A DNA stretch of 59,155 bases, the filler included. It is 7 parts of 7 records of this genome, joined end to end, with 100 filler letters (N's around TTAATTAATTAA, not from the genome) between each part and the next. Parts side by side here need not be neighbours in the genome. Positions count along the whole stretch, not along the records: positions 40,941 to 52,192 come from SRR31147125_20637; 6 more parts are not named here. One strand, written 5' to 3'. A model generated the notes under the pieces. That model made no database searches, was not told where the DNA came from, and saw only the letters and a program-made list of their open reading frames with translations. The position numbers and the translations under genes are program-made. Below, piece after piece: positions 41,603 to 51,388 of this stretch; within the stretch, counting starts at the first letter, position 1, and the number at the start of each line of letters is the position of its first letter.

Positions 41603-42413
41603 AGCATCACACATTAAAGCAATCAGTGAAATTAAAAATATTCTTGAAACACTTGACATACCGTTCCTGATTGTAGGAGCATCGGCCCGGGATTATATTT
41701 TAGAGCACTATTACAACATAAAATCTCCCCGCATGACAATGGATATCGATATTGGGATAAAATTATCGAGTTGGGAACAGTTTGAAAAGTTGGAACATGC
41801 TTTAATAGAAACTGACATCTTTGAAAAAGATAGAGAAAAACAGAGGTTTATATATAAAAACATTTTTATCGATGTTTTTCCTTTTGGAGATATTTCAAAT
41901 GACGATAATACCACGAGTTGGCCACCGAACCATGAAACAATAATGAATGTGTCAGGTTTTTGTGAAGCATTTAACTTTTCGACGAGAATAAGATTAGACA
42001 AAAATCCAGTTTTAGAGGTAAAAATTCCAACAATACCAGGCCTGGCTGTTTTAAAATTGGTATCGTGGAAAGACAAATATCCTGAAAGAAAAAAAGATGC
42101 TCAGGATTTTAAATTTATAATGAATAGTTATGAACATACAGGAATTGAAGATAGATTGTATGAACGTGAGTTAGCCATTCTTGAGGAAGAAAACTTTGAT
42201 CTTAAAATGGCCAGCATTAGATTGTTGGGTAACGATATGGATCAAATTTGTGATCAGAATACATTCTATTTTATTAAACACATTTTAGCTGCTGAAACCA
42301 GAGATGAATCACGTTTTCATTTGGTTACACAAATGATGGAAACTAATGATAGTTTTGAGGATATTTTGATCCTTTTAAAGAAATTATTCGATGGGATCAT
42401 GGATAGACACTAA
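41565..42413 (+). CDS. abiEii: AbiEii/AbiGii-family nucleotidyltransferase toxin
   Basis: LIVGASARD, RMTMDID (Pol-beta-like NTase), DVFPFG, LKLVSWKD...KDAQD; overlaps the antitoxin 3' end. Confidence 0.87.
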   Translation: MTNILMDISGKIEASHIKAISEIKNILETLDIPFLIVGASARDYILEHYYNIKSPRMTMDIDIGIKLSSWEQFEKLEHALIETDIFEKDREKQRFIYKNIFIDVFPFGDISNDDNTTSWPPNHETIMNVSGFCEAFNFSTRIRLDKNPVLEVKIPTIPGLAVLKLVSWKDKYPERKKDAQDFKFIMNSYEHTGIEDRLYERELAILEEENFDLKMASIRLLGNDMDQICDQNTFYFIKHILAAETRDESRFHLVTQMMETNDSFEDILILLKKLFDGIMDRH

Positions 42414-42913
42414 AATAAGGAGCGATTTTTAAAGTTGTCGCGTACGTGATGAAAAATATTTTATATAGGGTATGGTTCACAAGATATGTTGTTACCTTTA
42501 AACGTCTTAAAAGAAAACAATAATAATTCATATAATATGGAACACGTGCATATAATCAATAGTAAGATAGAGTAGGGAATTTTTTGACATTCAACACGGC
42601 ACCGATAGATGTGAATATCTACTGCAAAGGGCCGAAATAATACTCGATCAATTTTAAGGGGACTGGAATGAAAAAGCGCATAAATGGTTTTGTAATAATA
42701 TACCATTAATGTGCTTTTTTGTTTATCAGGGGTTCCGTATATATTTTTCATTTTGAACAATTTTAATTATGGGTGTTTGGAATTCAGTATATTTTTTTGC
42801 GCAAGCAACATAATCATCTTCTTAGGTGCCCATTGTCCATTCATTCAAAAAGCTACCTGTCGTAAAAAGAATAATTGTTAATAGATGTTGACCATTTAAA
42901 AGGGGATTTTCTT

Positions 42914-43510
42914 ATGACCAGACGATTTTTGCTTTTCCTGTTGTGTGCGTTTTCACTTCCACTTTATGCTCAAAAAGAAAATGGCGAACAAACCAGGCGA
43001 GGCGGCGTTGGCGTTACCTTTGGCACCGAGCACGTTTTTTATTCAGATTATAGAGATAATTCGTATCCAAAAAGCTTTGGAAATATTTACTTTCCCATTA
43101 ATATTACCCACAAATTTAGAATTGAACCAGAAATAGGACTATTTTATCGAAAATACAAGTATGAAAACAGTCGTATTGATTATATCAGCCAAGACCTTCG
43201 TTTTGGCCTTGGTTTATTTGTGGTACAATCTTATAAATCAACAAAGATTTATTGGGGTCCCAGGGTTGGGGTAATTCATACATCCCGAAATACGGATCAA
43301 AGTATGGACAGGTATTCCTCGCATATACGGAAAACAGACAAGTATATTGGCCTTTCTGTTGGTGCTGAATATTTATTTTCCAGTCATTTTAGTCTGGGTG
43401 GAGAAGCACAGATAAACTATTTTTCACTCGGACAATTTGAGGACACTGCTATAGAAACTGAATATTTTGTGTCCAACAGAGCTCTTGTTGTTGTTCGGTT
43501 TTACTTTTAA
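42914..43510 (+). CDS. Outer-membrane beta-barrel protein (8-strand type)
   Basis: Signal peptide (PLYA-Q), alternating amphipathic strands, GAEYLFSSHFSLGGEAQ, C-terminal VRFYF beta-signal. Confidence 0.8.
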   Translation: MTRRFLLFLLCAFSLPLYAQKENGEQTRRGGVGVTFGTEHVFYSDYRDNSYPKSFGNIYFPINITHKFRIEPEIGLFYRKYKYENSRIDYISQDLRFGLGLFVVQSYKSTKIYWGPRVGVIHTSRNTDQSMDRYSSHIRKTDKYIGLSVGAEYLFSSHFSLGGEAQINYFSLGQFEDTAIETEYFVSNRALVVVRFYF

Positions 43511-43614
43511 TTGTTCATTTAAAATCACCACTATCTGTGGCTTTACAAAATCTTAAAAACTCACCGGAATATGACAATAGGAATTTTGACATCCCCCAAA
43601 CTGGAGGCTTGCAA

Positions 43615-44184
43615 ATGAGAAATAGTCTGATTACCAGGTATGCAATTGTAATTATTTTTGTGTTCCTATTCTGTATAAAAACTCATTCGAGTTTTTCACA
43701 AAGTCTGGGAATAGAATACGGTATTGGAGCCGGCGATATTATGAGCACCAGTCCGGATTATAGCATAGCCTTTTCGCTGCCACTAACCAGCCATTTTATG
43801 GCGAATTGCACCTATACACATTGGAACCGGGAAAATTCAGCTTCATTTTGTATACCTCCTGACACCCAATTGTCATACAACGGTAGCAAAAATGGTCATT
43901 ATGCCTATAACTTTTCACTATATTACAGGTTAGTCGATAAAAACAAACTATCCTTTTATGTTGGGCAGGGATTTGGTCAATATCAATCCATTCACCTGGA
44001 TAAACCGGGTGATAGTGGTGACACGCGATTTTTATCAGCGTATACAATTTCGGTATTCCTGAAATATAACATGACAAAAACAATCCATCTCTATTCCCGG
44101 GTGTTTTCCAGTTTCCACAATGCTTCTCTTCTTTTTGATTGGGGATTTTTTAATGTTGGTGCGGAGATAAAACTGTTTGATTAG
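43615..44184 (+). CDS. Putative outer-membrane beta-barrel protein; paralog of 49577-50143
   Basis: GGAGG RBS, signal peptide (SFS-Q), FYVGQGFGQY, DWGFFNVGAEIKLFD. Confidence 0.72.
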   Translation: MRNSLITRYAIVIIFVFLFCIKTHSSFSQSLGIEYGIGAGDIMSTSPDYSIAFSLPLTSHFMANCTYTHWNRENSASFCIPPDTQLSYNGSKNGHYAYNFSLYYRLVDKNKLSFYVGQGFGQYQSIHLDKPGDSGDTRFLSAYTISVFLKYNMTKTIHLYSRVFSSFHNASLLFDWGFFNVGAEIKLFD

Positions 44185-44344
44185 AATCAGATGCCAGCGA
44201 TTTATTCTTGAGTATTTCGCACATTCTCAGGATTAGCAGGAATTGTTAAATTACGAATCCTGATATCTGTCAACCTTTATTCCTATTTTAAAAATGTCCA
44301 TTTCAAAGTGGGATTTTTTCACTATCAAACGGAGATATCTGTAA

Positions 44345-45154
44345 ATGAAACACATCATGCGCGGAATAATCTTGCTGGCCATTCTAACTGGCCTTTTAAC
44401 AAACAAAAGCGCCACCGCTCAGGATAAAATACAATATATATGTGGCCTGCATACATCTATTGCCAATGTATCCTGGGAAAATTTATGGGCAGATGATTTT
44501 GATAACCTTGGCACCGGAATTTTTTATTCTCCTTATTTAAAAATAATGTATGGGAAGTTCAACTCTCATACCTCACTAACAAAAAGTGATTTCGATTTTA
44601 CTGGACCCGATGGTCTAACTGTAACCGGCCCGGATGATGATCTTGATGCAGGTCTTGACACTGAAATGAAAAGAAATGATATTGAGGTTTCTTTTGGATA
44701 TCAGGTATTTTCTGTCACCAATATTTTTTTAACCATGAAGCATTTTAAGATGAGGCTAAAGGGAACTGCCCATTCCGGGTCCATGTGGTCAAAAATGGAT
44801 TATCTTGAAAAGGGAATGCTGTTCGGCGGTGGTATTGAAAATAATGTATCTTTTGGCAAGTCGGGATTATATAGTACTTTTTCAGCATCTTATCTGACAG
44901 GAACATTAGTAGCCGATTATACATTTGGTACTGATAATAATGTAAGGAAAATGTTCTTTAATGGAGAGGATATTAACACAATAATACGTTGTTTTAAACT
45001 GGGTTTGGGCTATAAATTGACACACCATGTAATTACCGAATTCTCTTATCTCTATGAATATTATTCAAAAGAGAATGAATCAGACGTAAGTATTTATCTA
45101 AGCAATGATAATTGTTATCAAGGGCTAAATTTTCACATTTCCTATTTATTTTGA
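44345..45154 (+). CDS. Putative outer-membrane beta-barrel protein
   Basis: Signal peptide (ATA-Q), SFGYQV, LGLGYKL, C-terminal GLNFHISYLF. Confidence 0.75.
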   Translation: MKHIMRGIILLAILTGLLTNKSATAQDKIQYICGLHTSIANVSWENLWADDFDNLGTGIFYSPYLKIMYGKFNSHTSLTKSDFDFTGPDGLTVTGPDDDLDAGLDTEMKRNDIEVSFGYQVFSVTNIFLTMKHFKMRLKGTAHSGSMWSKMDYLEKGMLFGGGIENNVSFGKSGLYSTFSASYLTGTLVADYTFGTDNNVRKMFFNGEDINTIIRCFKLGLGYKLTHHVITEFSYLYEYYSKENESDVSIYLSNDNCYQGLNFHISYLF

Positions 45155-45304
45155 TACATTGTAAAAATGTGGTATTTATCACTATTAATATCCCGAATAC
45201 AATTAAAATATTTCAAATTATCATAAAGCTTAATTTTACATAAATTAGTGCCTCATTTTAAGTTTAACCACAGATAAAATCCCAAAGATCAACTGGTATA
45301 AAAA

Positions 45305-46030
45305 ATGAAAGTAATATACATATGCCTCATCATACATATTATTAATCCAATTATTTTGTTGGCTCAAAATTCTTATGGCCATTTCCCAAAGGATACTTTA
45401 ACTTTTCCAGTTTATCGTCTCAAAGCAGAAAGCAATGTGATTGTTAATGAGAAAATGCTCTACCAGAAAAAATATCTACTATTATTTTTACGCGGTAATA
45501 ATAAGATTCTTGTAAACACCATATCAGAACATGAAATCACATCCTTTTTAATAAATCCATTATATGATAATTCTGGCCCTGGTTTTAATTTTTCGTTCAT
45601 AAAGGAAAGAAATGGTTATAATGATGGCATGCTTTTCTTTCAGCCCTTTTTTAAAATTGGTAAAGAGGTTTTATACGCCAGAATTGGGCTGAACATTTAT
45701 TATGAACTTGAACCGGAAGGCGGTCCTGGTGGAATGATACTACCACATGCTGAACTTGGTTTAGGAAAACTGAAGAGAATGTACTTGTCAGCAAATATTT
45801 TAAGCGATGTCTTTTTTGGAATGGGATCGATAAATTTGAATTACATTTTCAGGGATAAGCTGTCAAGTGTCATGATCGGCTATGCGTATGGTGATAGTGG
45901 AAAATCTAACGGTTATATCTATAAAATTGATTATAAATTTTGGAAAAATATCCTTGTTCGAATATGGGGGATTTCAAATTTCTCTAAACAATTACATGGG
46001 CTGCAAATTGGAATTGGTATTGCCCTATAG
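45305..46030 (+). CDS. Putative secreted / outer-membrane beta-barrel protein
   Basis: Signal peptide (LLA-Q); beta-strand-rich C-terminal half ending GLQIGIGIAL. Confidence 0.65.
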   Translation: MKVIYICLIIHIINPIILLAQNSYGHFPKDTLTFPVYRLKAESNVIVNEKMLYQKKYLLLFLRGNNKILVNTISEHEITSFLINPLYDNSGPGFNFSFIKERNGYNDGMLFFQPFFKIGKEVLYARIGLNIYYELEPEGGPGGMILPHAELGLGKLKRMYLSANILSDVFFGMGSINLNYIFRDKLSSVMIGYAYGDSGKSNGYIYKIDYKFWKNILVRIWGISNFSKQLHGLQIGIGIAL

Positions 46031-46078
46031 TATAAAGTATTGGTAAATTAAAATATACCAGGCAAAAAGGAGAGAACA

Positions 46079-46501
46079 ATGAAAAACTGTACACAAAGAT
46101 TACTTGATATTTGCATATGTTCCATTCTACTTTTCATTTTGAATAACGTACTATATGGGCAAGAAGTTCATTATAATCCCTCTGAGACAGATACCATTAC
46201 CATAAAACAAGATACTCTCCCGATCTTCACTGATGAACAAATCAAACAGGCCATGCAGTTTGGGGTAACGGAAAAAGTGTCCAGCGTTGTTCTTGGTGGA
46301 TATTTTGGTCTTATCTTAGGAACAGGTGTGGGTTATGTCATTGTAAGCAATAATCCCGGATATGCCTTCCATGGTTTTGTATATGGAGGAGGAGCCGGTA
46401 TTCTTGCAGGTGCGATTGGCAATTATTTTATCATACGGGCTTTGGCCAGGAAAGAGGCCAGAGAACGATTAGAAGCATCTGTCAGGGCAGAATCAGAATG
46501 A
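46079..46501 (+). CDS. Exported protein with a glycine-zipper hydrophobic hairpin
   Basis: AAGGAG RBS, signal peptide, GxxxG-rich segments (GGYFGLILGTGVG; GGGAGILAGAIG). Confidence 0.65.
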   Translation: MKNCTQRLLDICICSILLFILNNVLYGQEVHYNPSETDTITIKQDTLPIFTDEQIKQAMQFGVTEKVSSVVLGGYFGLILGTGVGYVIVSNNPGYAFHGFVYGGGAGILAGAIGNYFIIRALARKEARERLEASVRAESE

Positions 46502-46566
46502 TTATGTGATGTGTGATTTTTATTTCATTCGTATTAAATATTTTTGGTGAAAAAATAAGCACGTCG

Positions 46567-46641
46567 GGATTTTCTATTAACGTTTGGGGCGGATGCACCA
46601 TTTTATTTAACACCCCGGGCAGGATGCCCGGGGCGATCGGA
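46567..46641 (+). repeat. Direct repeat copy 1 with a REP-like GC palindrome
   Basis: Core CACCCCGGGCAGGATGCCCGGGGCGATCGGA (46611-46641); 53/60 identical to copy 2 over 46582-46641. Confidence 0.9.
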
Positions 46642-46704
46642 AGTCAATTTTAAAATAACGTAACAGCCAAAAGCATGACGGAACGATTAAAAAGGAAATA
46701 TAGA

Positions 46705-47367
46705 ATGGTTATGAAAAAAGGATGTTTTATTCTGCTTTTTGTTTTTATCTTTTTTGGTTGTACCGCTCCACTAAAAGCACGGCCAACAATTACCGGAGGT
46801 ATACACGCGGGACCTACTTTTTCGAAATACATAGGTAAAGACTTTTATCGTACCTTTCAATATACATCCAGTTGGTTAGTCGGTTCTTTTCTACGCATCA
46901 AAATTTCGGACTCTATTTTTTTAATTCCTGAAATATCCTATTGTCGAAGAGGTTCGACTGATGATTATAAACTAGGATTAGACCATTATCGTACTGAAAT
47001 AAGGCTGCATTATTTAGATTTTATTTGCCTGGCAGGAGTTCCAATTTCTGATAAAATTTGCTTGCTGTGTGGTCCTTTCTGGAGTCGATATTTAGATGGA
47101 CATCAATATGAAGAGGTTAATAACAAAAAGTATGATTTTCAGATAAATGAATACTATTTACCCAAATATGATTATGGCATCACTTTCGGAACGCAAATTG
47201 CTCTATCAAGACATTTTGATCTAGGAATTAGATATTCTTATGGCTTAAAAAAACTTTACAAATCATATGCTAATTACTATGGAGTTGATCCTGAACTAGG
47301 TATATCGAATGAGAATTTAGATATACGAAATAATTTTATTGCCGTTACTTTTGGTTTCGTTTTGTGA
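46705..47367 (+). CDS. PorT-like outer-membrane beta-barrel protein (OMP_b-brl_2 type)
   Basis: GGIHAGPTFS, PEISYCRRG, RLHYLD, DYGITFG, IRYSYGL, RNNFIAVTFGFVL. Confidence 0.8.
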   Translation: MVMKKGCFILLFVFIFFGCTAPLKARPTITGGIHAGPTFSKYIGKDFYRTFQYTSSWLVGSFLRIKISDSIFLIPEISYCRRGSTDDYKLGLDHYRTEIRLHYLDFICLAGVPISDKICLLCGPFWSRYLDGHQYEEVNNKKYDFQINEYYLPKYDYGITFGTQIALSRHFDLGIRYSYGLKKLYKSYANYYGVDPELGISNENLDIRNNFIAVTFGFVL

Positions 47368-47467
47368 TTTTTATTTATAATACGATTTTTTGAGTTGATA
47401 ATGAAACAGAAATTTAGATTAAAGAGCATGCTGAACGAGAATGAAAATTACAAAGTAGGTTAAATCT

Positions 47468-47591
47468 GGATATTCTGCTATTGTTTGGGGAAGATGCCCT
47501 ATTTTATTTGCCACCCCGGGCATGATGCCCGGGGCGATCGGACCAGAGTCCGGGGTTTGATACCCTGGGCAGGAATGCCCTGGGTGGTCGG
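47468..47591 (+). repeat. Direct repeat copy 2 plus a third, degenerate palindrome
   Basis: Core CACCCCGGGCATGATGCCCGGGGCGATCGGA (47512-47542), 901 bp after copy 1; third copy TACCCTGGGCAGGAATGCCCTGGGTGGTCGG (47561-47591). Confidence 0.88.
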
Positions 47592-47719
47592 TGGTAATTG
47601 AGTGCGGGTAAGGAGTTTAGCGACAGCCCCCTAAATCCCCCTTTGAAAGTGGCACTTTTTTCTTTATTTTTTGAGCGCCTGCCATTTTATTGAATCACGC
47701 TGTTTATTAATGAAATCAT

Positions 47720-47748
47720 TTGACGTGGGATTTAAAATGTATTATATT
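47720..47748 (+). promoter_or_regulatory. Sigma70-type promoter
   Basis: TTGACG-N17-TATATT upstream of the Gfo/Idh/MocA gene. Confidence 0.55.
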
Positions 47749-47815
47749 TGGTCAAATTAAGCCTCTATTATCAATCCATGTTTTTTTTGTATATATTCAT
47801 ACAGGAGATTTTGTT

Positions 47816-49264
47816 ATGAAACATTCACAAAAAGAGACAGAAAAAACGTCTGGCTCCACGCGACGTGAGTTTCTAAAATCATCTGCTGTGGCAACGGCGG
47901 CATTTACGATTGTGCCGCGTTCTGTTTTGGGTGGATCCGGCCAGGTCGCACCCAGTGACAGGATTAATGTCGCAATTATCGGTTGTGGCGGACAGGGATT
48001 GACTGATCTGGATAATCTAATCAAACACCCCGAGATTCAGTACGTGGCTGCCGCGGATCCCATGAAAGAATGGGATTACAGTGAATTTTATTTTGGCGGT
48101 ATGGCCGGACGAATGGCAGCAAAGCGTACGATTGATGAATATTACGCGCAGCAGAATGATCTGTCTGCCTACCAGGGGTGTAATGTATACGAAGATTTCA
48201 GAGAAATGCTGGAAAAGGAAACGGGCATTGATGCTGTGACTGTGGAAACGACAGACAATATTCACGCTGTAGCATCCATGGCCGCTATCAAAAAAGGTAA
48301 ACATGTATTTTGTCAAAAACCCTTGACGCATGATATTTATGAAGCTCGGATATTAGCTGAAGCAGCGCGCAAAGCAAAAGTGGCCACGCAAATGGGTAAT
48401 CAGGGCCATGCTCAGGAAGGCAACAAGCTCATTTACGAGTGGCTTCAGGCTGGAGCCATTGGTGATGTTTATGAAGTGCATTGCTGGACAGACAGACCAG
48501 GCGGCCGCTGGCCGCAGGGTGTTGATATACCTCAGGAAACGCCGTCCCTGCCACGCGCACTGAACTGGAATCTCTGGTTGGGTCCTGCTCAGGATCGACC
48601 CTATCATCCGATTTATTGCCCGTTCCGTTGGCGTGGATTTGTGGACTTTGGGACTGGTTCTTTAGGTGATATGGGGTGTCATATTATGGATACACCTGTT
48701 TTTACCCTGGGCTTATCACATCCATCCAGTATCCAGGCTGTGTGCAATACACCTTACAAGGACAAAACTTACCCGGTTGCATCCATGCTTCGCTACGAAT
48801 TTCCGAAATCAGGTCGCAATAAAAAGGATATTACCTTAACCTGGTATGATGGCGGACTCATGGCCTTTCGTCCCAACGAGCTGGAACCTGGACGACGAAT
48901 GGGCGATAGTGGCGGTGGTGTATTACTCATCGGTAACAAAGGCACGATCATGTGCGGTACCTACGGCGATAATCCCAGATTGATTCCGGAAACAGCCATG
49001 AAAAAATTTAAATTACCTGAGAAAACCCTCAAACGTACCGAAGGTATTTACCGCGAATGGGTGGATGCCATGCTTGATGTCGAGCCAGCCAGTTCCAACT
49101 TTGACGTATCAGGACATTTGACGGAAATTGTGTTGCTGGGAAACGTGGCATTACGTTTTCCAAACCAGAAACTGGATTATGATGGAAAAAATATGCAAGT
49201 CACCAATCTCGAAGAGGCCAACCAATACATAAAACGAGAGTATTATGGTGGCTGGACGCTTTAG
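47816..49264 (+). CDS. Tat-exported Gfo/Idh/MocA family oxidoreductase
   Basis: TRREFLK signal, IGCGGQG, HVFCQKPL, TQMGNQG, WNLWLGPA, GSLGDMGCH; CAGGAG RBS. Confidence 0.93.
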   Translation: MKHSQKETEKTSGSTRREFLKSSAVATAAFTIVPRSVLGGSGQVAPSDRINVAIIGCGGQGLTDLDNLIKHPEIQYVAAADPMKEWDYSEFYFGGMAGRMAAKRTIDEYYAQQNDLSAYQGCNVYEDFREMLEKETGIDAVTVETTDNIHAVASMAAIKKGKHVFCQKPLTHDIYEARILAEAARKAKVATQMGNQGHAQEGNKLIYEWLQAGAIGDVYEVHCWTDRPGGRWPQGVDIPQETPSLPRALNWNLWLGPAQDRPYHPIYCPFRWRGFVDFGTGSLGDMGCHIMDTPVFTLGLSHPSSIQAVCNTPYKDKTYPVASMLRYEFPKSGRNKKDITLTWYDGGLMAFRPNELEPGRRMGDSGGGVLLIGNKGTIMCGTYGDNPRLIPETAMKKFKLPEKTLKRTEGIYREWVDAMLDVEPASSNFDVSGHLTEIVLLGNVALRFPNQKLDYDGKNMQVTNLEEANQYIKREYYGGWTL

Positions 49265-49576
49265 GAGAATTTGATAGATTGAGAGTGTTTAGTGTTTATC
49301 GACTATGAATTATTATGTGTATTTTAAATATTTTCCTTGCTATCAATTTGATTTTTCTTATTTTATATTTATGTATAAATGATTATAATTCTGTTTGGGG
49401 AGAACAAATGATATAGAAAAAAGGCGCAATAATGGTTTGCTAAAAAAAAACATTATTGTGCCTTTTTCTCTTTCAGGGGATATCTATCATTTTACTTCTC
49501 TGTTTCTTCAAATATCCTGTTCCCTGGCCAAATTGTCAGACTTTTGTTTTGGAAATACCAATCTTGAGGAGGTAAC

Positions 49577-50143
49577 ATGAAATCAAGAAGGCATTTTATT
49601 TTGGCCTTTGTTTTGACATTGCTGGTTTTACAACCGAATTTATTAAAAGCTCAAAGTATTGGATTTGAGATCGGCACCGCAGCCGTGGAAAATTATGATC
49701 CCTGGGAATTGAATCTAGGAATTTCATTTATTATTCCCTTTTCTGATCTGGTTTTTTGTGATGTATCCTATAATCACTGGCAGGGACAAGATGGGAATTA
49801 TGCTTTTCAAATGAACCTACCAAATTGGGGGAGCGATGGTTCCTACTGGGGAAATTCCGGAGTTAACTTGACAATTTTTTACAAAATTGTTGCATCCAAT
49901 CCCTTTTCTGTTTCAATCGGAGCCGGAATGGGTCGATATGAAATGATCCATATGACCCATTTGAGTACGTTAACAAATGAATATAAGTATAATCGATCTA
50001 CATATTCATTAGCCGCACTCTTACAATACACAGTTTCAGATATTATTTCCATTTATGGAAAAGCACTCATAAACACAGAAGGTATCGATTCAGCTCCAGA
50101 TTGGGGATTATTTAATATTGGTATCTCTTTATCTCCATTCTGA
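49577..50143 (+). CDS. Putative outer-membrane beta-barrel protein; paralog of 43615-44184
   Basis: GAGGAGG RBS, signal peptide (LKA-Q), SIGAGMGRY, DWGLFNIGISLSPF. Confidence 0.75.
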   Translation: MKSRRHFILAFVLTLLVLQPNLLKAQSIGFEIGTAAVENYDPWELNLGISFIIPFSDLVFCDVSYNHWQGQDGNYAFQMNLPNWGSDGSYWGNSGVNLTIFYKIVASNPFSVSIGAGMGRYEMIHMTHLSTLTNEYKYNRSTYSLAALLQYTVSDIISIYGKALINTEGIDSAPDWGLFNIGISLSPF

Positions 50144-50632
50144 TCCCAAAAAGATTTCTATCCTGAAATATCTGTAAGTCGTGGGTTATGCGTAATATTT
50201 CGTCAGGCTACTAACGATATGGCGGATAAATGCCAAAGACGGATTTTATGATCACAAAATATGAGCTCTACTCTTTTACTGTCAATTATTATTATATATC
50301 CAAAACACCAGATCATAATGAAAAGAGAGCACTTTTTCGCATTTCGGTTCTTGTGCTCGTATGTTAATATAACAAAATTAAATTTTTTGTGGATTTTTAT
50401 AATATTGGGTGCCAAAATGAGTGGAAATTCGGGCGCATTTCACATCGATTTTTTCTTGCTTGGTAATTAAATTTATTTAAATTAGATTAAGATATATTTT
50501 GACAAATGCGGGCGGGGATTTTGATAAAGAGGGGTTCTGTATTCTGTGCATTTCCAATTTCTGTAAAATCCGGATATCGTAAAAGACTCTGACTATTTCA
50601 TTTATTTCTATCGTAAAAGGGGAAAGCAGCGA

Positions 50633-51031
50633 ATGGAAAAAATGATCCAGTTTATACTCAATCACATTGACACATTCACAGTTGGTGCATTTGTTTTCTG
50701 GTTATTACTTGTCCTGTTTATGAAAAGCATGGTCAGGGCGATGCGAATTGCAGTAGCTATCTTTGTCTGGGTAGGTGGTTTCCTGGCCTATAATATTTAT
50801 TGCGGCGAATTGATGGCTTTTCTTAGAGGTACCCGTATTGAGCATGTCATTAAAATGGAATTTTTACACTGTACGGATTGCTTTGGAGATTTTGTCAGGG
50901 GGATGTGTTTTGCTTTTTTGCTGGTACTGGATATAATAATATTATATGTCGAGTTGAAAGTTGCCAGCCAGACAGAGGACAATCCGGGTATACCTGTCAA
51001 GATTGATGGGAAAATTTCTTCCGGATCTTAA
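50633..51031 (+). CDS. Hypothetical membrane protein (about 3 TM, CxxC in a loop)
   Basis: Hydrophobic segments; HCTDC. Confidence 0.6.
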   Translation: MEKMIQFILNHIDTFTVGAFVFWLLLVLFMKSMVRAMRIAVAIFVWVGGFLAYNIYCGELMAFLRGTRIEHVIKMEFLHCTDCFGDFVRGMCFAFLLVLDIIILYVELKVASQTEDNPGIPVKIDGKISSGS

Positions 51032-51388
51032 TTTGTAACTTTTGTCATTTTATGGGTGCGTGCTCTCCTGTTTTTTTATCCTGCCTGTTGAAAATTTTAT
51101 AAAATATTCATTATCCTGCTCTTGTTCTCATTCAATGATAAACCATGCGAGACACTTTGACACATATGTTTTTGCTTCTCATAGCCCATGCCATAACGAA
51201 GAGTAAATATAGTTGGCAGTATGAACTTTTTTTGGATTTTAACTAGATAATGCATCGGATGGATATGAATGAATTCATAATTAAAAGTGTGTCATTTTTT
51301 TGAAACCATATTTGATTTTACACTGTTACACTAGGTAGGTGAGAATATTTTCTTAAACCAATTTTATACAGAAATAAAGAGGTTTTTT

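Noticed and set aside
42461..42760. 99-aa minus-strand ORF after abiEii
   Set aside because: No RBS or motif, low-complexity AT-rich translation, opposite to all neighbours; probably non-coding.
46567..47591. CRISPR array
   Set aside because: Only three palindromic copies, the first two 901 bp apart with a gene between them; no regular spacers and no cas genes in the window.
42914..50143. Diversity-generating retroelement diversifying the barrel genes
   Set aside because: No reverse transcriptase and no template/variable repeat pair with adenine-specific mismatches.
42414..50369. Integron cassette array as the explanation for the co-oriented orphan genes, including an imperfect TAAC...GTTA-bounded inverted repeat at ~50209-50369
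   Set aside because: No integrase in the contig, no RYYYAAC/GTTRRRY pairs after the genes, and the 50209-50369 structure fails both core consensuses and is single copy. An IntegronFinder run would settle it.
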